Positions 18,748 to 29,224 of a DNA stretch of 50,542 nucleotides are shown piece by piece. Position 1 is the stretch's first letter. Each line of letters starts with the position of its first letter. The DNA comes from an uncultured Bacteroides sp. (lineage in GTDB: Bacteria; Bacteroidota; Bacteroidia; Bacteroidales; Bacteroidaceae). The notes beneath the pieces are model-generated. The model was not told the origin of the DNA and made no database searches. It saw nothing but the letters and a program-made list of their open reading frames with translations. The translations under genes were made by a program, and so were the position numbers. The stretch is taken from assembly GCA_964432715.1 (NCBI GenBank), contig CAYSOW010000002.1, forward strand, positions 1 to 50,542, given 5' to 3'.

Positions 18748-18921
18748 ATGAACAGCTTATTGAAAAATTTAGGCCTTATATTGGTTGTCATAGGAGCTAT
18801 CATTTTGATTGCTTGTTTCTTCGCAGGAAACACTAACAACAATGTTATCTTGGGAAGCTCTATGGCTCTCATCGTCATTGGCTTGGTTGTTTACATCGTT
18901 TTGAACAAACGTTTGAACTAA
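18748..18921 (+). CDS. Small two-helix membrane protein (57 aa, absent from ORF track)
   Basis: MNSLLKNLGLILVVIGAIILIACFFAGNTNNNVILGSSMALIVIGLVVYIVLNKRLN, followed by a terminator. Confidence 0.8.
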   Translation: MNSLLKNLGLILVVIGAIILIACFFAGNTNNNVILGSSMALIVIGLVVYIVLNKRLN

Positions 18922-18941
18922 GAACGACCATAAATTCGTAT

Positions 18942-18985
18942 AACATAGGGGCAGCTTCCGAAGAGAAGTTGCCCCTATGTTTTTT
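18942..18985 (+). terminator. Intrinsic terminator
   Basis: AACATAGGGGCAGCTTC...GAAGTTGCCCCTATGTT + T tract. Confidence 0.85.
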
Positions 18986-18998
18986 CTCCCAAAGGGAT

Positions 18999-19040
18999 AA
19001 AAACAAAGACGCCCCGAAAGTAGTCATACCTTCGGGGCGC
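18999..19040 (-). terminator. Terminator after rprY
   Basis: CGCCCCGAA...TTCGGGGCG with A-rich left flank. Confidence 0.7.
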
Positions 19041-19076
19041 CCTTATAGCTCTACTCCACGTAAAGCCGTCGTCAGA

Positions 19077-19778
19077 TTATTCCTCAGCTTCGGGAGTAAT
19101 CAACTTATAGCCTTTACCGTGAATGTTGATAATCTCGATAGAGTCATCAGCCTTCAAATGTTTACGCAGCTTCGTGATGTACACATCCATGCTACGAGCG
19201 TTGAAGTAGTTGTCATCAATCCAGATGGTCTTCAAGGCGAAGTCACGCTGCAGAATTTCGTTGGCATGCGCGCAAAGCAAACCGAGCAACTCCGACTCCT
19301 TAGTCGTCAGTTTGGTCTGCGTACCATCGATAGAAAGAATCTGTTTCTGCGTATCAAAAACAAAGCGGCCAATCTTGTAGAGATTGCTCTCACGATTCTT
19401 CTTACCGCGCACGCGACGCAAGATAGCCTCGATACGGAACGTAAGCTCCTCCATACTGAACGGTTTGGTAATATAATCATCCGCACCAATCTTAAAGCCC
19501 TCAAGAATATCCTCTTTCAACGTTTTTGCCGTCAAGAAGATAATAGGAATTTCGGCGTTTGCCGCACGAATCTCCTGTGCCAAAGTGAATCCGTCTTTCT
19601 TAGGCATCATCACATCCAGTACACACAAATCAAATTTCGTCTTCAGGAAAGCCTTAAAACCGGCTTCACCATCCGGACACAACTCGGCAGAATAGCCCTT
19701 CGCTGCCAAATATTCTCTCAGTAACATGCCAAGATTCTCATCATCTTCGCATAACAGAATGGTTAATTTACCGTCCAT
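19077..19778 (-). CDS. rprY: OmpR-family response regulator RprY
   Basis: CEDD, LDVMMP, GADDYITKPF, RSMDVYITKLRK. Confidence 0.9.
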   Translation of the reverse strand: MDGKLTILLCEDDENLGMLLREYLAAKGYSAELCPDGEAGFKAFLKTKFDLCVLDVMMPKKDGFTLAQEIRAANAEIPIIFLTAKTLKEDILEGFKIGADDYITKPFSMEELTFRIEAILRRVRGKKNRESNLYKIGRFVFDTQKQILSIDGTQTKLTTKESELLGLLCAHANEILQRDFALKTIWIDDNYFNARSMDVYITKLRKHLKADDSIEIINIHGKGYKLITPEAEE

Positions 19779-19782
19779 ATCG

Positions 19783-21339
19783 TTATTCTTTTAATAATGG
19801 TAATACAATAATAAACTTAGTCCCCACGCCCGGTTCACTCTCCGCGCGGATGGTTCCCTTGTGATCGTCCACAACCTTCTTCACGTAGGCCAGTCCCAGA
19901 CCGAATCCCTTCACGTCATGCAGGTTGCCGGTGTGCACACGATAGAATTTGTCGAATATCTTCTTCAAATCCTCCTTCTTGATACCGATACCATTGTCCT
20001 GTATCGATATATGGAGCTTGTCATTCTCGTTCCAGGTCTTCACATGCAAATTAATCTCCTCATCCGGTTTCTTGTACTTCACCGCGTTATCCATCAAGTT
20101 GAATATCACGTTGGTGAAGTGCATCTCATCCACGAAGATAATCGGATCTTCGGCCTGCAACTCCGAGGTAATCTTTCCGTTGTACTTCTCCACCTTCAGG
20201 GCAAAGGTGTGAATCACGCCGGAAATCAGTTCGTTCGCATTAATCTCTTTGCGCTTCAGCGTTGCCTTCTGATGCTCGAACATCGACATCTGAAGCACCT
20301 TCTCCACCTGGAAACGGAGACGTTTGGTCTCGTCATTGATTACGCCCGAGATGTGTTGGAACATCTGCGGCGACTTGGCCACCGCGGGGTCCTTCAGCAT
20401 CTGCGCTGCCAGGGAGATGGTAGAAATAGGAGTCTTGAACTCATGCGTCATATTGTTGATGAAGTCGTTCTTTATCTCTGACAACTTCTTCTGACGGAAA
20501 ATCAGATAGATAGTAAAGATAAAGGTAACCAGCAATACACAGCTGAAGATCAACGAGGGAATCATGAATCGCACCGAGTTGAAGATGTAACTGTTCAACG
20601 TGGGGAAATGAACCCTCAGCACTCCCATTTTGGAAGGCGTATCATTGCGGAACAAAAGTTGCGTAAAAGTCGCCTCCTTGCCTTTCTCTTCGTAATCGGG
20701 ACAGCGGTACACTTCCCTCCCCTCATTGGTGGAGACCGTGAAGTGATACGGCAGCTCGATTCCGTTGTTATAGAGTTCCTGTTTAATGTCGGAATCTAAT
20801 ATCTTAAAGTTGATACGTTGTTCCAGCGGTTTGTTGCCGGTCTCGTAGATGATATTCATAATCACCTCGTTGATCAGCCCCGACTGGTAGACATATCGGT
20901 TTTTAATCGTCTCAATAAAGTCGTGCGCCGTTTGTGAGAAGTTCCGCTTTCCGTGCTTGGTGGAGATCACCACCTTCGGCATGTTGGAAGGCTGAATCAC
21001 AAAGCTCTTCGACTCGAAGAGGGAGTGCATCTTTCCCTCGTCTTCATGGATAGCGTAAGAGTGGGCAATGCCCGCCTTGTCGCCGTAGATAGAGTCATTA
21101 AGAAGATTCTGCAACTGAATGGCTTGCTCTTCGTTCTTAATATCCCGTTCCAGATAGCTAGCTGTCTCGTTTAGTTCCAAATTATGAGAAGCTACATAGA
21201 GGCTCCGTTTGACGGATTCATCAAACTGCTCTTTTCTCATCGTCACCATCTTTTCGATGTAGCTCACCTGCAGGTAAAGCAGACTTAAGAAGCAGAGCCC
21301 CATTACAATACCTAATATCCAAATAGTCGACCTTTTCAT
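19783..21339 (-). CDS. rprX: Sensor histidine kinase RprX
   Basis: THEFKTPI, NLMDNAVKY, DNGIG, GFGLGL; two TM helices. Confidence 0.88.
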   Translation of the reverse strand: MKRSTIWILGIVMGLCFLSLLYLQVSYIEKMVTMRKEQFDESVKRSLYVASHNLELNETASYLERDIKNEEQAIQLQNLLNDSIYGDKAGIAHSYAIHEDEGKMHSLFESKSFVIQPSNMPKVVISTKHGKRNFSQTAHDFIETIKNRYVYQSGLINEVIMNIIYETGNKPLEQRINFKILDSDIKQELYNNGIELPYHFTVSTNEGREVYRCPDYEEKGKEATFTQLLFRNDTPSKMGVLRVHFPTLNSYIFNSVRFMIPSLIFSCVLLVTFIFTIYLIFRQKKLSEIKNDFINNMTHEFKTPISTISLAAQMLKDPAVAKSPQMFQHISGVINDETKRLRFQVEKVLQMSMFEHQKATLKRKEINANELISGVIHTFALKVEKYNGKITSELQAEDPIIFVDEMHFTNVIFNLMDNAVKYKKPDEEINLHVKTWNENDKLHISIQDNGIGIKKEDLKKIFDKFYRVHTGNLHDVKGFGLGLAYVKKVVDDHKGTIRAESEPGVGTKFIIVLPLLKE

Positions 21340-21542
21340 GTCAGCAAATTTAACCTTGTTATTAACAATCACCTAATATCTTAACAAGATTCTTCACCTA
21401 ATTTCTAATAATTAACTTATCGTCGAAATTAAGATATTATTTTGCAAACTTCAACAAATTTATCATTTCCTTTGTTCGCAAAAATAATAAAAATTTAAAC
21501 ACCATCCTACTAAAGAATGAAAAGAATTAAGTCCGATTATAC

Positions 21543-21580
21543 AAAAAATCCGCCGGAGTTTAACAAGACCGGCGGATTTT
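21543..21580 (-). terminator. Terminator after EF-G2 gene
   Basis: AAAATCCGCCGG...CCGGCGGATTTT. Confidence 0.8.
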
Positions 21581-21601
21581 GGCAGATTTTATTTGGACAA
21601 T

Positions 21602-23761
21602 TTATTCTTCTTTATCTTGCTTTGCCTCAAACTCTTTCATCAATTTCTCCTGAACATCCGACGGAACGAGCTCGTAGCTGGCAAACTTCATAATAAAGGA
21701 AGCACGACCTCCGGTCAATGAACTCAACGCGGTGGAGTAAGAGGACATCTCTTTAAGAGGTACCTTAGCCACCAACTTCTCGTAACCGTTCTCGCTGCTC
21801 ATACCCATAATCATGGCACGACGTCCTTGCAAATCGCCCATCACATCGCCCAGCTTATCGCTCGGTGCGAAGACTTCCACGTCATAGATAGGCTCCAGGA
21901 TCTTCGGTCCGGCATTCTTGAAGGCCTCACTGAAGGCGTTTCGTCCGGCCAGCATGAAGGAGATTTCATTAGAATCTACCGGGTGCATCTTACCATCGTA
22001 GATGATGACACGTACGTCGCGGGCATAAGAGCCGGTCAACGGTCCCTGCTCCATACGACTCATGATTCCTTTCAGGATGGCAGGCATAAAGCGGGCATCA
22101 ATGGCACCACCGACGATACTGTTGACAAACACCAGTTTACCGCCCCACTCCAAAGGAATTTCCTCGGTACCTTTCACATTAATCTTAAACTCCTGTCCGT
22201 TGAACTTATAAGTGTCCGGTGCAGGCATACCCTCGTAATAAGGCTCGATAATCAAGTGGACCTCACCAAACTGACCGGCACCACCCGACTGTTTCTTATG
22301 ACGATAGTCGGCACGCGCAGCCTTTGTGATGGTCTCACGATACGGGATACGCGGCTCCTCATACTTGATCTGCAATTTCTCATTGTTCTCCAGACGCCAC
22401 TTCAAGGTACGCAAGTGGAACTCACCCTGACCGTGCACGATGGTCTGACGCAACTCCTTCGACTGCTCTACCACCCACGTAGGATCCTCCTCGCGCATAC
22501 GGTTCAAGATGGCCATCATCTTCTCCGTATCCGCCTCGTTCACCGGTTTGATGGCGCGAGAATACTTTGAGTTCGGGTATTTGATAAAGTTGAAACGGTT
22601 CTCAGAACCCTTACCATTCAAGGTATTACCGGTATGCACATCCTTCATCTTCACCGTACAACCGATATCACCGGCACGGAGTTCCTCCACCTTGATACGG
22701 TTGGCACCGGCACAAACAAAGAGCTGTGCGATACGCTCCTTCGAGCCACGGTCGGCATTGGTCAGGTCATCCCCCTCATGCACTTTACCGCTCATCACCT
22801 TAAAATATTGCACATCGCCGATATGCGGCTCCACAGCCGTCTTGAAGATATAGAGCGAAGTCGGTCCGTCGGCATCGGGCACCACCACTTCACCTCTTGT
22901 ATTATGAACTTGCGGCATTTCAGAAACAAAAGGCACCACATTGCCCAGGAACTCCATCAAACGGCGGACACCCATATCCTTGCCTGCGCAGACGCAGAAC
23001 ACCGGGAACATACCGCGAGCAGCCAGGCCCTTACGGATACCCTCACGCATCTCGTCCTCCGTCAGTGATTCCTTCTCAAAGAACTGCTCCATCAAGTTTT
23101 CATCGTTCTCGGCAGCAGCCTCCACCAAATTCTTATGCCACTCTTTTGCTTTTTCCAATTCAGAAGCAGGGATCTCCTCGATGGTAGGAGCACCACCTTC
23201 CGGTCCCCACGAATATTTCTTCATCAACAGTACGTCGATCAACTCATGAAAGTTCGGTCCCGTCTCCAAAGGATACTGCACCGGCACCACTTTCGAGCCG
23301 TAGATACTCTTCAATTGCTCCAACACATGGTCGTAGTCGCACTTCTCGCTATCCAACTGATTCACGAGGAAGATGACCGGCTTACCCAATTTCTCGGTGT
23401 AACGGAAATGGTTCTGTGTGCCCACCTCCGGACCATACTGACCATTCAACAACAGAATAGCCGTGTCTGTTACGTTCAATGCTGTAATCGCAGCGCCCAC
23501 AAAGTCGTCACTTCCCGGGCAATCAATGATATTCAACTTCTTTCCGTTCCATTCAGTATGAAAAACGGTAGAGAAAACCGAGTACCCATATTCCTGTTCA
23601 ACAGGGAAATAGTCACTCACCGTATTCTTCGCTGTAATACGTCCGCGACGTTTTATAACCCCACTCTCATAGAGTAAAGCCTCTGTGAGGGTGGTTTTTC
23701 CTGAGCCATCATTGCCTAAGAGTGCAATGTTTTTGATTTCATTCGTCTGGTATACTTTCAT
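21602..23761 (-). CDS. fusA2: Elongation factor G paralog EF-G2
   Basis: EF-G motifs (KKQSGGAGQFG, HPVDS) with divergent G motifs GNDGSGKTT/DCPG/NQLD; not in the rpsL-rpsG operon; next to rprXY. Confidence 0.9.
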   Translation of the reverse strand: MKVYQTNEIKNIALLGNDGSGKTTLTEALLYESGVIKRRGRITAKNTVSDYFPVEQEYGYSVFSTVFHTEWNGKKLNIIDCPGSDDFVGAAITALNVTDTAILLLNGQYGPEVGTQNHFRYTEKLGKPVIFLVNQLDSEKCDYDHVLEQLKSIYGSKVVPVQYPLETGPNFHELIDVLLMKKYSWGPEGGAPTIEEIPASELEKAKEWHKNLVEAAAENDENLMEQFFEKESLTEDEMREGIRKGLAARGMFPVFCVCAGKDMGVRRLMEFLGNVVPFVSEMPQVHNTRGEVVVPDADGPTSLYIFKTAVEPHIGDVQYFKVMSGKVHEGDDLTNADRGSKERIAQLFVCAGANRIKVEELRAGDIGCTVKMKDVHTGNTLNGKGSENRFNFIKYPNSKYSRAIKPVNEADTEKMMAILNRMREEDPTWVVEQSKELRQTIVHGQGEFHLRTLKWRLENNEKLQIKYEEPRIPYRETITKAARADYRHKKQSGGAGQFGEVHLIIEPYYEGMPAPDTYKFNGQEFKINVKGTEEIPLEWGGKLVFVNSIVGGAIDARFMPAILKGIMSRMEQGPLTGSYARDVRVIIYDGKMHPVDSNEISFMLAGRNAFSEAFKNAGPKILEPIYDVEVFAPSDKLGDVMGDLQGRRAMIMGMSSENGYEKLVAKVPLKEMSSYSTALSSLTGGRASFIMKFASYELVPSDVQEKLMKEFEAKQDKEE

Positions 23762-23878
23762 AATATCTATGATTTATAAAATGAACAATTGTATGTAATC
23801 GAGCATACGTTAACTTTAATGCCACGCAAAATATAAAGAATTAAGCACTTAAGCAACTATTTACCCGTGTTACTAAAC

Positions 23879-23894
23879 TATGTTCTACAACATA
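23879..23894. promoter_or_regulatory. Cur (BT4338-type) binding site upstream of fusA2
   Basis: Palindrome TATGTTCTACAACATA fits TATGTTnTAnAACATA. Confidence 0.8.
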
Positions 23895-23941
23895 AACCAT
23901 AGAAAATGTTTGACACTACACGAAAGTAACAGACCCTGGAG

Positions 23942-23978
23942 AAAGCAGCCGGACACCCCCACAGGAACGTCCGGCTGC
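23942..23978 (-). terminator. Terminator after pepN
   Basis: GCAGCCGGAC...GTCCGGCTGC. Confidence 0.65.
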
Positions 23979-23986
23979 TGCCAAGT

Positions 23987-26518
23987 TTATTTTTTCGAGC
24001 CTTCCGGCTGATAGATATTCATAAGGATTTTGTTGCGCAACATCGACGGATAGTCGGGATGTGCAGCAAGGAACTCCTTCACTTTGGCCGCAGCCTCATC
24101 GGGACAGTGGCCGTAGAGCAGCATGCTCACCCAACTCTTCGGGATGAAGATATCGCCGGTGCGTTTCACCTCCTCCAGCGCCTCCAGTCCACGCTCCACA
24201 TAACGCAACCCTTCCGAACGGCGGTAGCGGTGGTTAAGGAACGACAGTGCACTCAGTGCCCAAGGCTCCACGCTGCGTCCTTCGGGTTGAAGCAGACGTT
24301 CGAAAAGAGCGTCGCGCTCCTCCTGACGAGGAGAGACTGCGGGAGAGACAAACTCGTACTGACGACGGAAATAGTCGTTGGTAAGGCGGTCGTGCTGCGT
24401 CTTCACAATCTCATCAGCCTTCTCCGGCAAGCGGATAGCCAACTGGTACGAGAGGTTCATGGCATCCACGTCACTCAAGGTAAAGTTGGGCACCACCGTC
24501 GCCCCACTCCACAAGCCGTAAACCGTGTCAATGGCTTTCGGCGACTCCATCACATCGGCCAGCGCACGCAGTGCCACCACCTTGCGCGAAGGCACCGAGT
24601 CATTCAGCAGCAACTGAGTCAACATCTCCTCCAGCGGTTCGTTGGCCCCTTCGGCATAACGATTATGCGCCACGCGCAAGTAGCCCGCCGCCAAGCTATA
24701 GAGTTGCGGATCACTTTCCGCCGGCAAATAAGTCGTAAGCAGTTGCGAGAAGTCCGAAGCCGACAAGTCGCCACGCCACATCGCCTCATGCAGATTGATG
24801 AGCAAGGCGCCGCGCACCAAGGCATCCACCTTGAAGCGGCTTTGCGTCTTCGTGCTGTCCGGACGAACGGCATCGATAGAGGCTTGCTGCAATCCACCCT
24901 CCATGGCGAAGTAGCCATAAGCCATGCCATCCACATTCGGCAGAATGGTCTTTGCGCCGGCGGGAATGCGGAGCGTGGTGACTGCCGACGAGCAATCGGC
25001 CACCATCATCTCACCGTCAATCAAGAAGGTGATCTTCTGCGGACGAACCACCTCGGGCTGACGGATGACAAGCTTCTGTCCTTTGCGCGAGATGCGATAG
25101 ACCGGCATGCCCGCCTCGTTCACCCAGCTGTGGCTCCAGGCTTTCAAATCCTCCGGACTCAAATCGTCGAGAATTTCTATCAAGTCCTCCCAAGTGGCAT
25201 TGCCAAAAGCATAGCGTTTCAGGTAGCTGCGAATACCCTCGCGGAAGGTGGTAGAGCCAATCTTCGCCACCAACTGGCGCATCATCATCGGACTCTTATC
25301 ATAGATGATATTTCCATAAATCAATCCGGCGTCCTGCAAGTTGGGCAACAACTGCTGAATGGGGTTGGCACCCTCGGTGCGATCTTCGGCATAGGCGGTC
25401 GGAGCATAGCTCAACATGAAGCGCAAGCGATGGTCGACATCGGGATAAAGCGGTTCCGACATGCACGCCGCGTAATAGTTGGCAAAGACCTCCTTGGTCC
25501 ACACTTCGCCAAACCACCTCATCGTGACATAATCGCCGAACCACATGTGGGCAGTCTCATGCGCAATCAAAGCGGTGCGCGCTAATCGCTCATTCAGCGT
25601 GGCCTGCGGAAGCAAGAAAAGCATCTGGTCGTTATAGAGGGTGGCACCGGTGTGCTCCATACCTCCAAACTGGAAGCCGGGAATCAGCGCCAACTCATAT
25701 TTGGCAAAGGGATAAGGTATGGCGGTGTACTCTTCGAGCCAATCGAGAGAGGCAAAGACCTCCTTCAGGATATCGTCACACTGCGCCACACGGGCAGGGT
25801 CGGTTTCGCAATGATAGAGTGTGATGGTGCGCCCCTTCTGCGTCATGCTGCGCTGACTGAATTTGCCGGCAGCAAAGGCGAAGAGGTAGGTGCTCAAAGG
25901 CTCCGTCGGAGCGAAACGAATGGTGGTGGACGTCTCTCCATCTTCCGCCGCAAGCGACTTGCCATTGCTGATGGCCTTCCATCCGGCAGGCAAGGTCAGC
26001 GTAAGTCGATAGATGGATTTCATATCGGGCTGATCGAAGCAAGGGAAGAGACGACGCGCTTTATCGGGCACCGAGAGGGTGTAAACCAACTCCCCGCGAT
26101 AGTTGAGCAGGCGCGGCTCCACCCGGAAGTCGATGGTGACCCGGTTCTCGCCGGCCTTCGTAGAAGAAGCGGGAAGCACAATATGTTCGTTGACCAGTTG
26201 GCAAGGCAGAGAAACCTGCTCCACATGGGCTGCGTTATAGAAATCGAGCACCACCTCCTGCGGTTGGTCGAGACGGAAAGTCACCGTTACGCGACCACGG
26301 GAGAGCGAGTCGGAAGAAGCCGAGATTTGAAAGGCGAGGTCATACTCCACCCCGTGAATCTGTTTCACGCGCTGTTCCGCCAGAGCCAGCGTCACCCCCT
26401 TCTCGGGCGCGGCAGCCTCCGCTTGCGCATATATATAAGGTGTACCCCCTGCCAGGAAACAGCAGGTAAGACAAAGAGATCCGACCAATCTCTTCATTTG
26501 CAGTCCATATTTGTTCAT
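23987..26518 (-). CDS. pepN: M1 family aminopeptidase N (exported)
   Basis: GGMEH, HETAHMWFG...KE, YDK; signal peptide. Confidence 0.9.
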   Translation of the reverse strand: MNKYGLQMKRLVGSLCLTCCFLAGGTPYIYAQAEAAAPEKGVTLALAEQRVKQIHGVEYDLAFQISASSDSLSRGRVTVTFRLDQPQEVVLDFYNAAHVEQVSLPCQLVNEHIVLPASSTKAGENRVTIDFRVEPRLLNYRGELVYTLSVPDKARRLFPCFDQPDMKSIYRLTLTLPAGWKAISNGKSLAAEDGETSTTIRFAPTEPLSTYLFAFAAGKFSQRSMTQKGRTITLYHCETDPARVAQCDDILKEVFASLDWLEEYTAIPYPFAKYELALIPGFQFGGMEHTGATLYNDQMLFLLPQATLNERLARTALIAHETAHMWFGDYVTMRWFGEVWTKEVFANYYAACMSEPLYPDVDHRLRFMLSYAPTAYAEDRTEGANPIQQLLPNLQDAGLIYGNIIYDKSPMMMRQLVAKIGSTTFREGIRSYLKRYAFGNATWEDLIEILDDLSPEDLKAWSHSWVNEAGMPVYRISRKGQKLVIRQPEVVRPQKITFLIDGEMMVADCSSAVTTLRIPAGAKTILPNVDGMAYGYFAMEGGLQQASIDAVRPDSTKTQSRFKVDALVRGALLINLHEAMWRGDLSASDFSQLLTTYLPAESDPQLYSLAAGYLRVAHNRYAEGANEPLEEMLTQLLLNDSVPSRKVVALRALADVMESPKAIDTVYGLWSGATVVPNFTLSDVDAMNLSYQLAIRLPEKADEIVKTQHDRLTNDYFRRQYEFVSPAVSPRQEERDALFERLLQPEGRSVEPWALSALSFLNHRYRRSEGLRYVERGLEALEEVKRTGDIFIPKSWVSMLLYGHCPDEAAAKVKEFLAAHPDYPSMLRNKILMNIYQPEGSKK

Positions 26519-26578
26519 ATTGAAGTATAAGTTAGGATTCTAAATTCAATTTGAAGCAAATATAGACAAAATCCGAAT

Positions 26579-26619
26579 AAAAACAAAAGGGCGTCGAGAG
26601 TTTTACGTCCCAACGCCCC
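26579..26619 (-). terminator. Terminator after sigma factor gene
   Basis: GGGCGT...ACGCCC with A-rich left flank. Confidence 0.5.
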
Positions 26620-26638
26620 TATCCATAAGAAATTTCTA

Positions 26639-27499
26639 TTATCCTAAGTAAGATTTCAGCAATTTGCTCTGCGGACAGCTCCGGAGCTTACGAATTGCTT
26701 TTTCTTTAATCTGACGTACACGTTCGCGTGTCAAGCCGAATTTGTCACCGATTTCCTCCAAGCTCATTTCGCGGTGGTCGATGCCGAAGAAGGTCTGTAT
26801 AATTTCCTTCTCACGCGGAGTAAGGGTCGACAGTGTTCTGTCAATTTCTTCCGACAAAGACTCACTCACCAACGAATGGTCAGCCATAGGAGAGTCATCG
26901 TTAACCAAGACATCCAGCAAGCAGTTATCCTCGCCCTCAACAAAGGAAGCGTCCACAGATACGTGGCGACCGGAAACACGAAGTGCGTCTGAGATTTTGT
27001 CCTCTTCCAGACCCAACTCATCTGCAATCTCACCGGCCGAAGCACGGCGCTCGTTTTCCTGTTCAAACTTAGCCAACGCCTTGTTGATACGATTGATAGA
27101 GCCCACCTGATTCAACGGCAAACGAACGATACGAGATTGTTCCGCCAGCGCCTGCAAAATAGATTGACGAATCCACCATACGGCATAACTGATAAATTTA
27201 AAACCACGTGTCTCATCAAATTTCTGAGCAGCTTTAACCAATCCGATGTTACCCTCGTCAATCAAGTCGGCCAAACTAAGGCCCTGATTCTGATACTGTT
27301 TAGCTACTGAAACGACGAAACGCAAGTTGGCTCTTACCAGTTTATCCAGGGCGATAGTGTCTCCCTTGCGGATACGCTGTGCGAGTTCTACCTCTTCGTC
27401 CACCGAAATCAACTCTTCACGACCTATCTCACGAAGATAGGCCTCCAGAGAAGCGGTTTCACGGTTCGTAATACTTTTGTTAATCTTTAGTTGTCTCAT
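26639..27499 (-). CDS. rpoD: RNA polymerase sigma factor, RpoD/SigA family (Bacteroidetes type lacking region 1.1)
   Basis: [35 protein letters not shown]. Confidence 0.9.
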   Translation of the reverse strand: MRQLKINKSITNRETASLEAYLREIGREELISVDEEVELAQRIRKGDTIALDKLVRANLRFVVSVAKQYQNQGLSLADLIDEGNIGLVKAAQKFDETRGFKFISYAVWWIRQSILQALAEQSRIVRLPLNQVGSINRINKALAKFEQENERRASAGEIADELGLEEDKISDALRVSGRHVSVDASFVEGEDNCLLDVLVNDDSPMADHSLVSESLSEEIDRTLSTLTPREKEIIQTFFGIDHREMSLEEIGDKFGLTRERVRQIKEKAIRKLRSCPQSKLLKSYLG

Positions 27500-27613
27500 C
27501 TTCTAAAGTTTGGAAAATAGTTTGCAAAGTTACTATTTATAATACAATATCTCCCTGTTTTTCTCAAAAAGTTTTGCTAAATAATATTAAATTCTCTCCA
27601 AATACCTCTCTAA

Positions 27614-29224
27614 CTACTTCTCCGTCTGCTTTTCAGCTGCCTCTTCAGGAGCCGTTTCAGGAGCCGTAGCCTCGTAGGTGCAATCCTTAAAAACAGGGGC
27701 AACGCTCAGCGTTCCCTCAGGCTCTACCGCCAGTTGACCGCCGGGCACAACGAACTTCACCTGCTCGAAGCGGATGTTGCGCGCATCGTCCATCTTCACC
27801 AAAGAGTCACGACTGGTGATGGTGGATTCTGAGATGGAGAGCCCATCAACATCTTGCAGCAGCATCAACTTCTCGCTGCGGGCAGTCATGCGACTGATCT
27901 GCGCATCTTCCACCGGCGTCTCGGGCAGGCCCACTGCCTTCACTAGTTGCGAACAATCTTCCACAACGATATCCTTGGCCGTGATGTGACGGTAAGCCGG
28001 GGTCAGCGGACCGATTTCACGGGCGGGGTGACGAACTGCCAACTCGCCTACGAAAGTCTTGCTACCCAACATATCCCAGACAAAAGCCTGACCCGTCAAG
28101 TTCATACGGATACGCTCATAGTAGAGGTACTCTCCGCCACCACCCCGGTTACGACGCGTCTTGAAACGCAAGCCGGTGCCGGTGCCGTCAAACACACAAT
28201 CGTGCACATAGAGTCGACGAATCATACCCGCCGTCTCACTGCCGCACGTGATACCGCCGTGTCCCTTCTCGGCCAGGCAGTAGCGAACCACAATATTCTC
28301 CGACGGACGATTCACGCGCAAGCCATCCTCGCAACGACCCGCCTTCATTGTGAAACAGTCGTCGCCGCAGCTCAGCGTGCTATACTCAATCAAGACATTC
28401 TTCGAAGATTCGATATCAATACCGTCACCACGCGGGATACCCACCGAATGAACAGTGATACCGCGGATGATTACCTGGTCGCAATAGACAGGCACCACAT
28501 TCCAGAAAGGCGTATTCTCTAAGGTAACGCCCTCGATGAACACCTGCTGACAATGGATGGGAGAGACAAACATCGGCAGGAAGACCTGTCCGTTGTTGGA
28601 GCCATCGTACACACGCTCCTCCACCGGAGTTTCCACTTTAATATACTCCTCAACCACGCCGCCGCTCATCTGGCGCTGCTGAATCTCACAGTCGCGTGCA
28701 GGGCCCACCAACTTACCTTTTCCGGTCAAGGCAATGTTCTGCTGACCGTTGGCATAAATCAAAGCACCCAGCGAGTAGACCTCCACGCCCTCGTTGCGCG
28801 TCAGCACCGCCGGCAGGTAATCCTTGATATCCCCACTGAAGTGGAGCTCGGCGCCCTCCTCCAGATGCAGGTTGACATTACTCTTCAGTTCGATACGACC
28901 CGTGTTCCAAATACCCGAAGGAATCACCACCGTACCACCGCCATGCGCGCTCACTTCATCGATGCACTGCTGAATGGAGGCAGTCACCAACGTATTGGCA
29001 TCCGCCTGCAGCGTCTGCGTGTAGTCAGGGAACACAGGACGACGGAAGTCGGGCATCTCAAAAGGCGCCTGCACCGGCGCAATGGTGTCGGGCATACAAA
29101 GAGCACCCACTTGCTCGCGCTGAGGAATCACCACCTCTGCCGCCGGAGCGACCGCGGTCTTGCAAGCAGTACACAAGGATAAAAGGGCCATCACAAAGCC
29201 CACAGGAATCAGTTTTGTTTTCAT
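27614..29224 (-). CDS. Glycoside hydrolase family 28 (polygalacturonase-like), lipoprotein
   Basis: GGGTVVIP, LKSNVNL, GDGID, GDD, GHGGITCGSE, RFKT. Confidence 0.9.
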   Translation of the reverse strand: MKTKLIPVGFVMALLSLCTACKTAVAPAAEVVIPQREQVGALCMPDTIAPVQAPFEMPDFRRPVFPDYTQTLQADANTLVTASIQQCIDEVSAHGGGTVVIPSGIWNTGRIELKSNVNLHLEEGAELHFSGDIKDYLPAVLTRNEGVEVYSLGALIYANGQQNIALTGKGKLVGPARDCEIQQRQMSGGVVEEYIKVETPVEERVYDGSNNGQVFLPMFVSPIHCQQVFIEGVTLENTPFWNVVPVYCDQVIIRGITVHSVGIPRGDGIDIESSKNVLIEYSTLSCGDDCFTMKAGRCEDGLRVNRPSENIVVRYCLAEKGHGGITCGSETAGMIRRLYVHDCVFDGTGTGLRFKTRRNRGGGGEYLYYERIRMNLTGQAFVWDMLGSKTFVGELAVRHPAREIGPLTPAYRHITAKDIVVEDCSQLVKAVGLPETPVEDAQISRMTARSEKLMLLQDVDGLSISESTITSRDSLVKMDDARNIRFEQVKFVVPGGQLAVEPEGTLSVAPVFKDCTYEATAPETAPEEAAEKQTEK

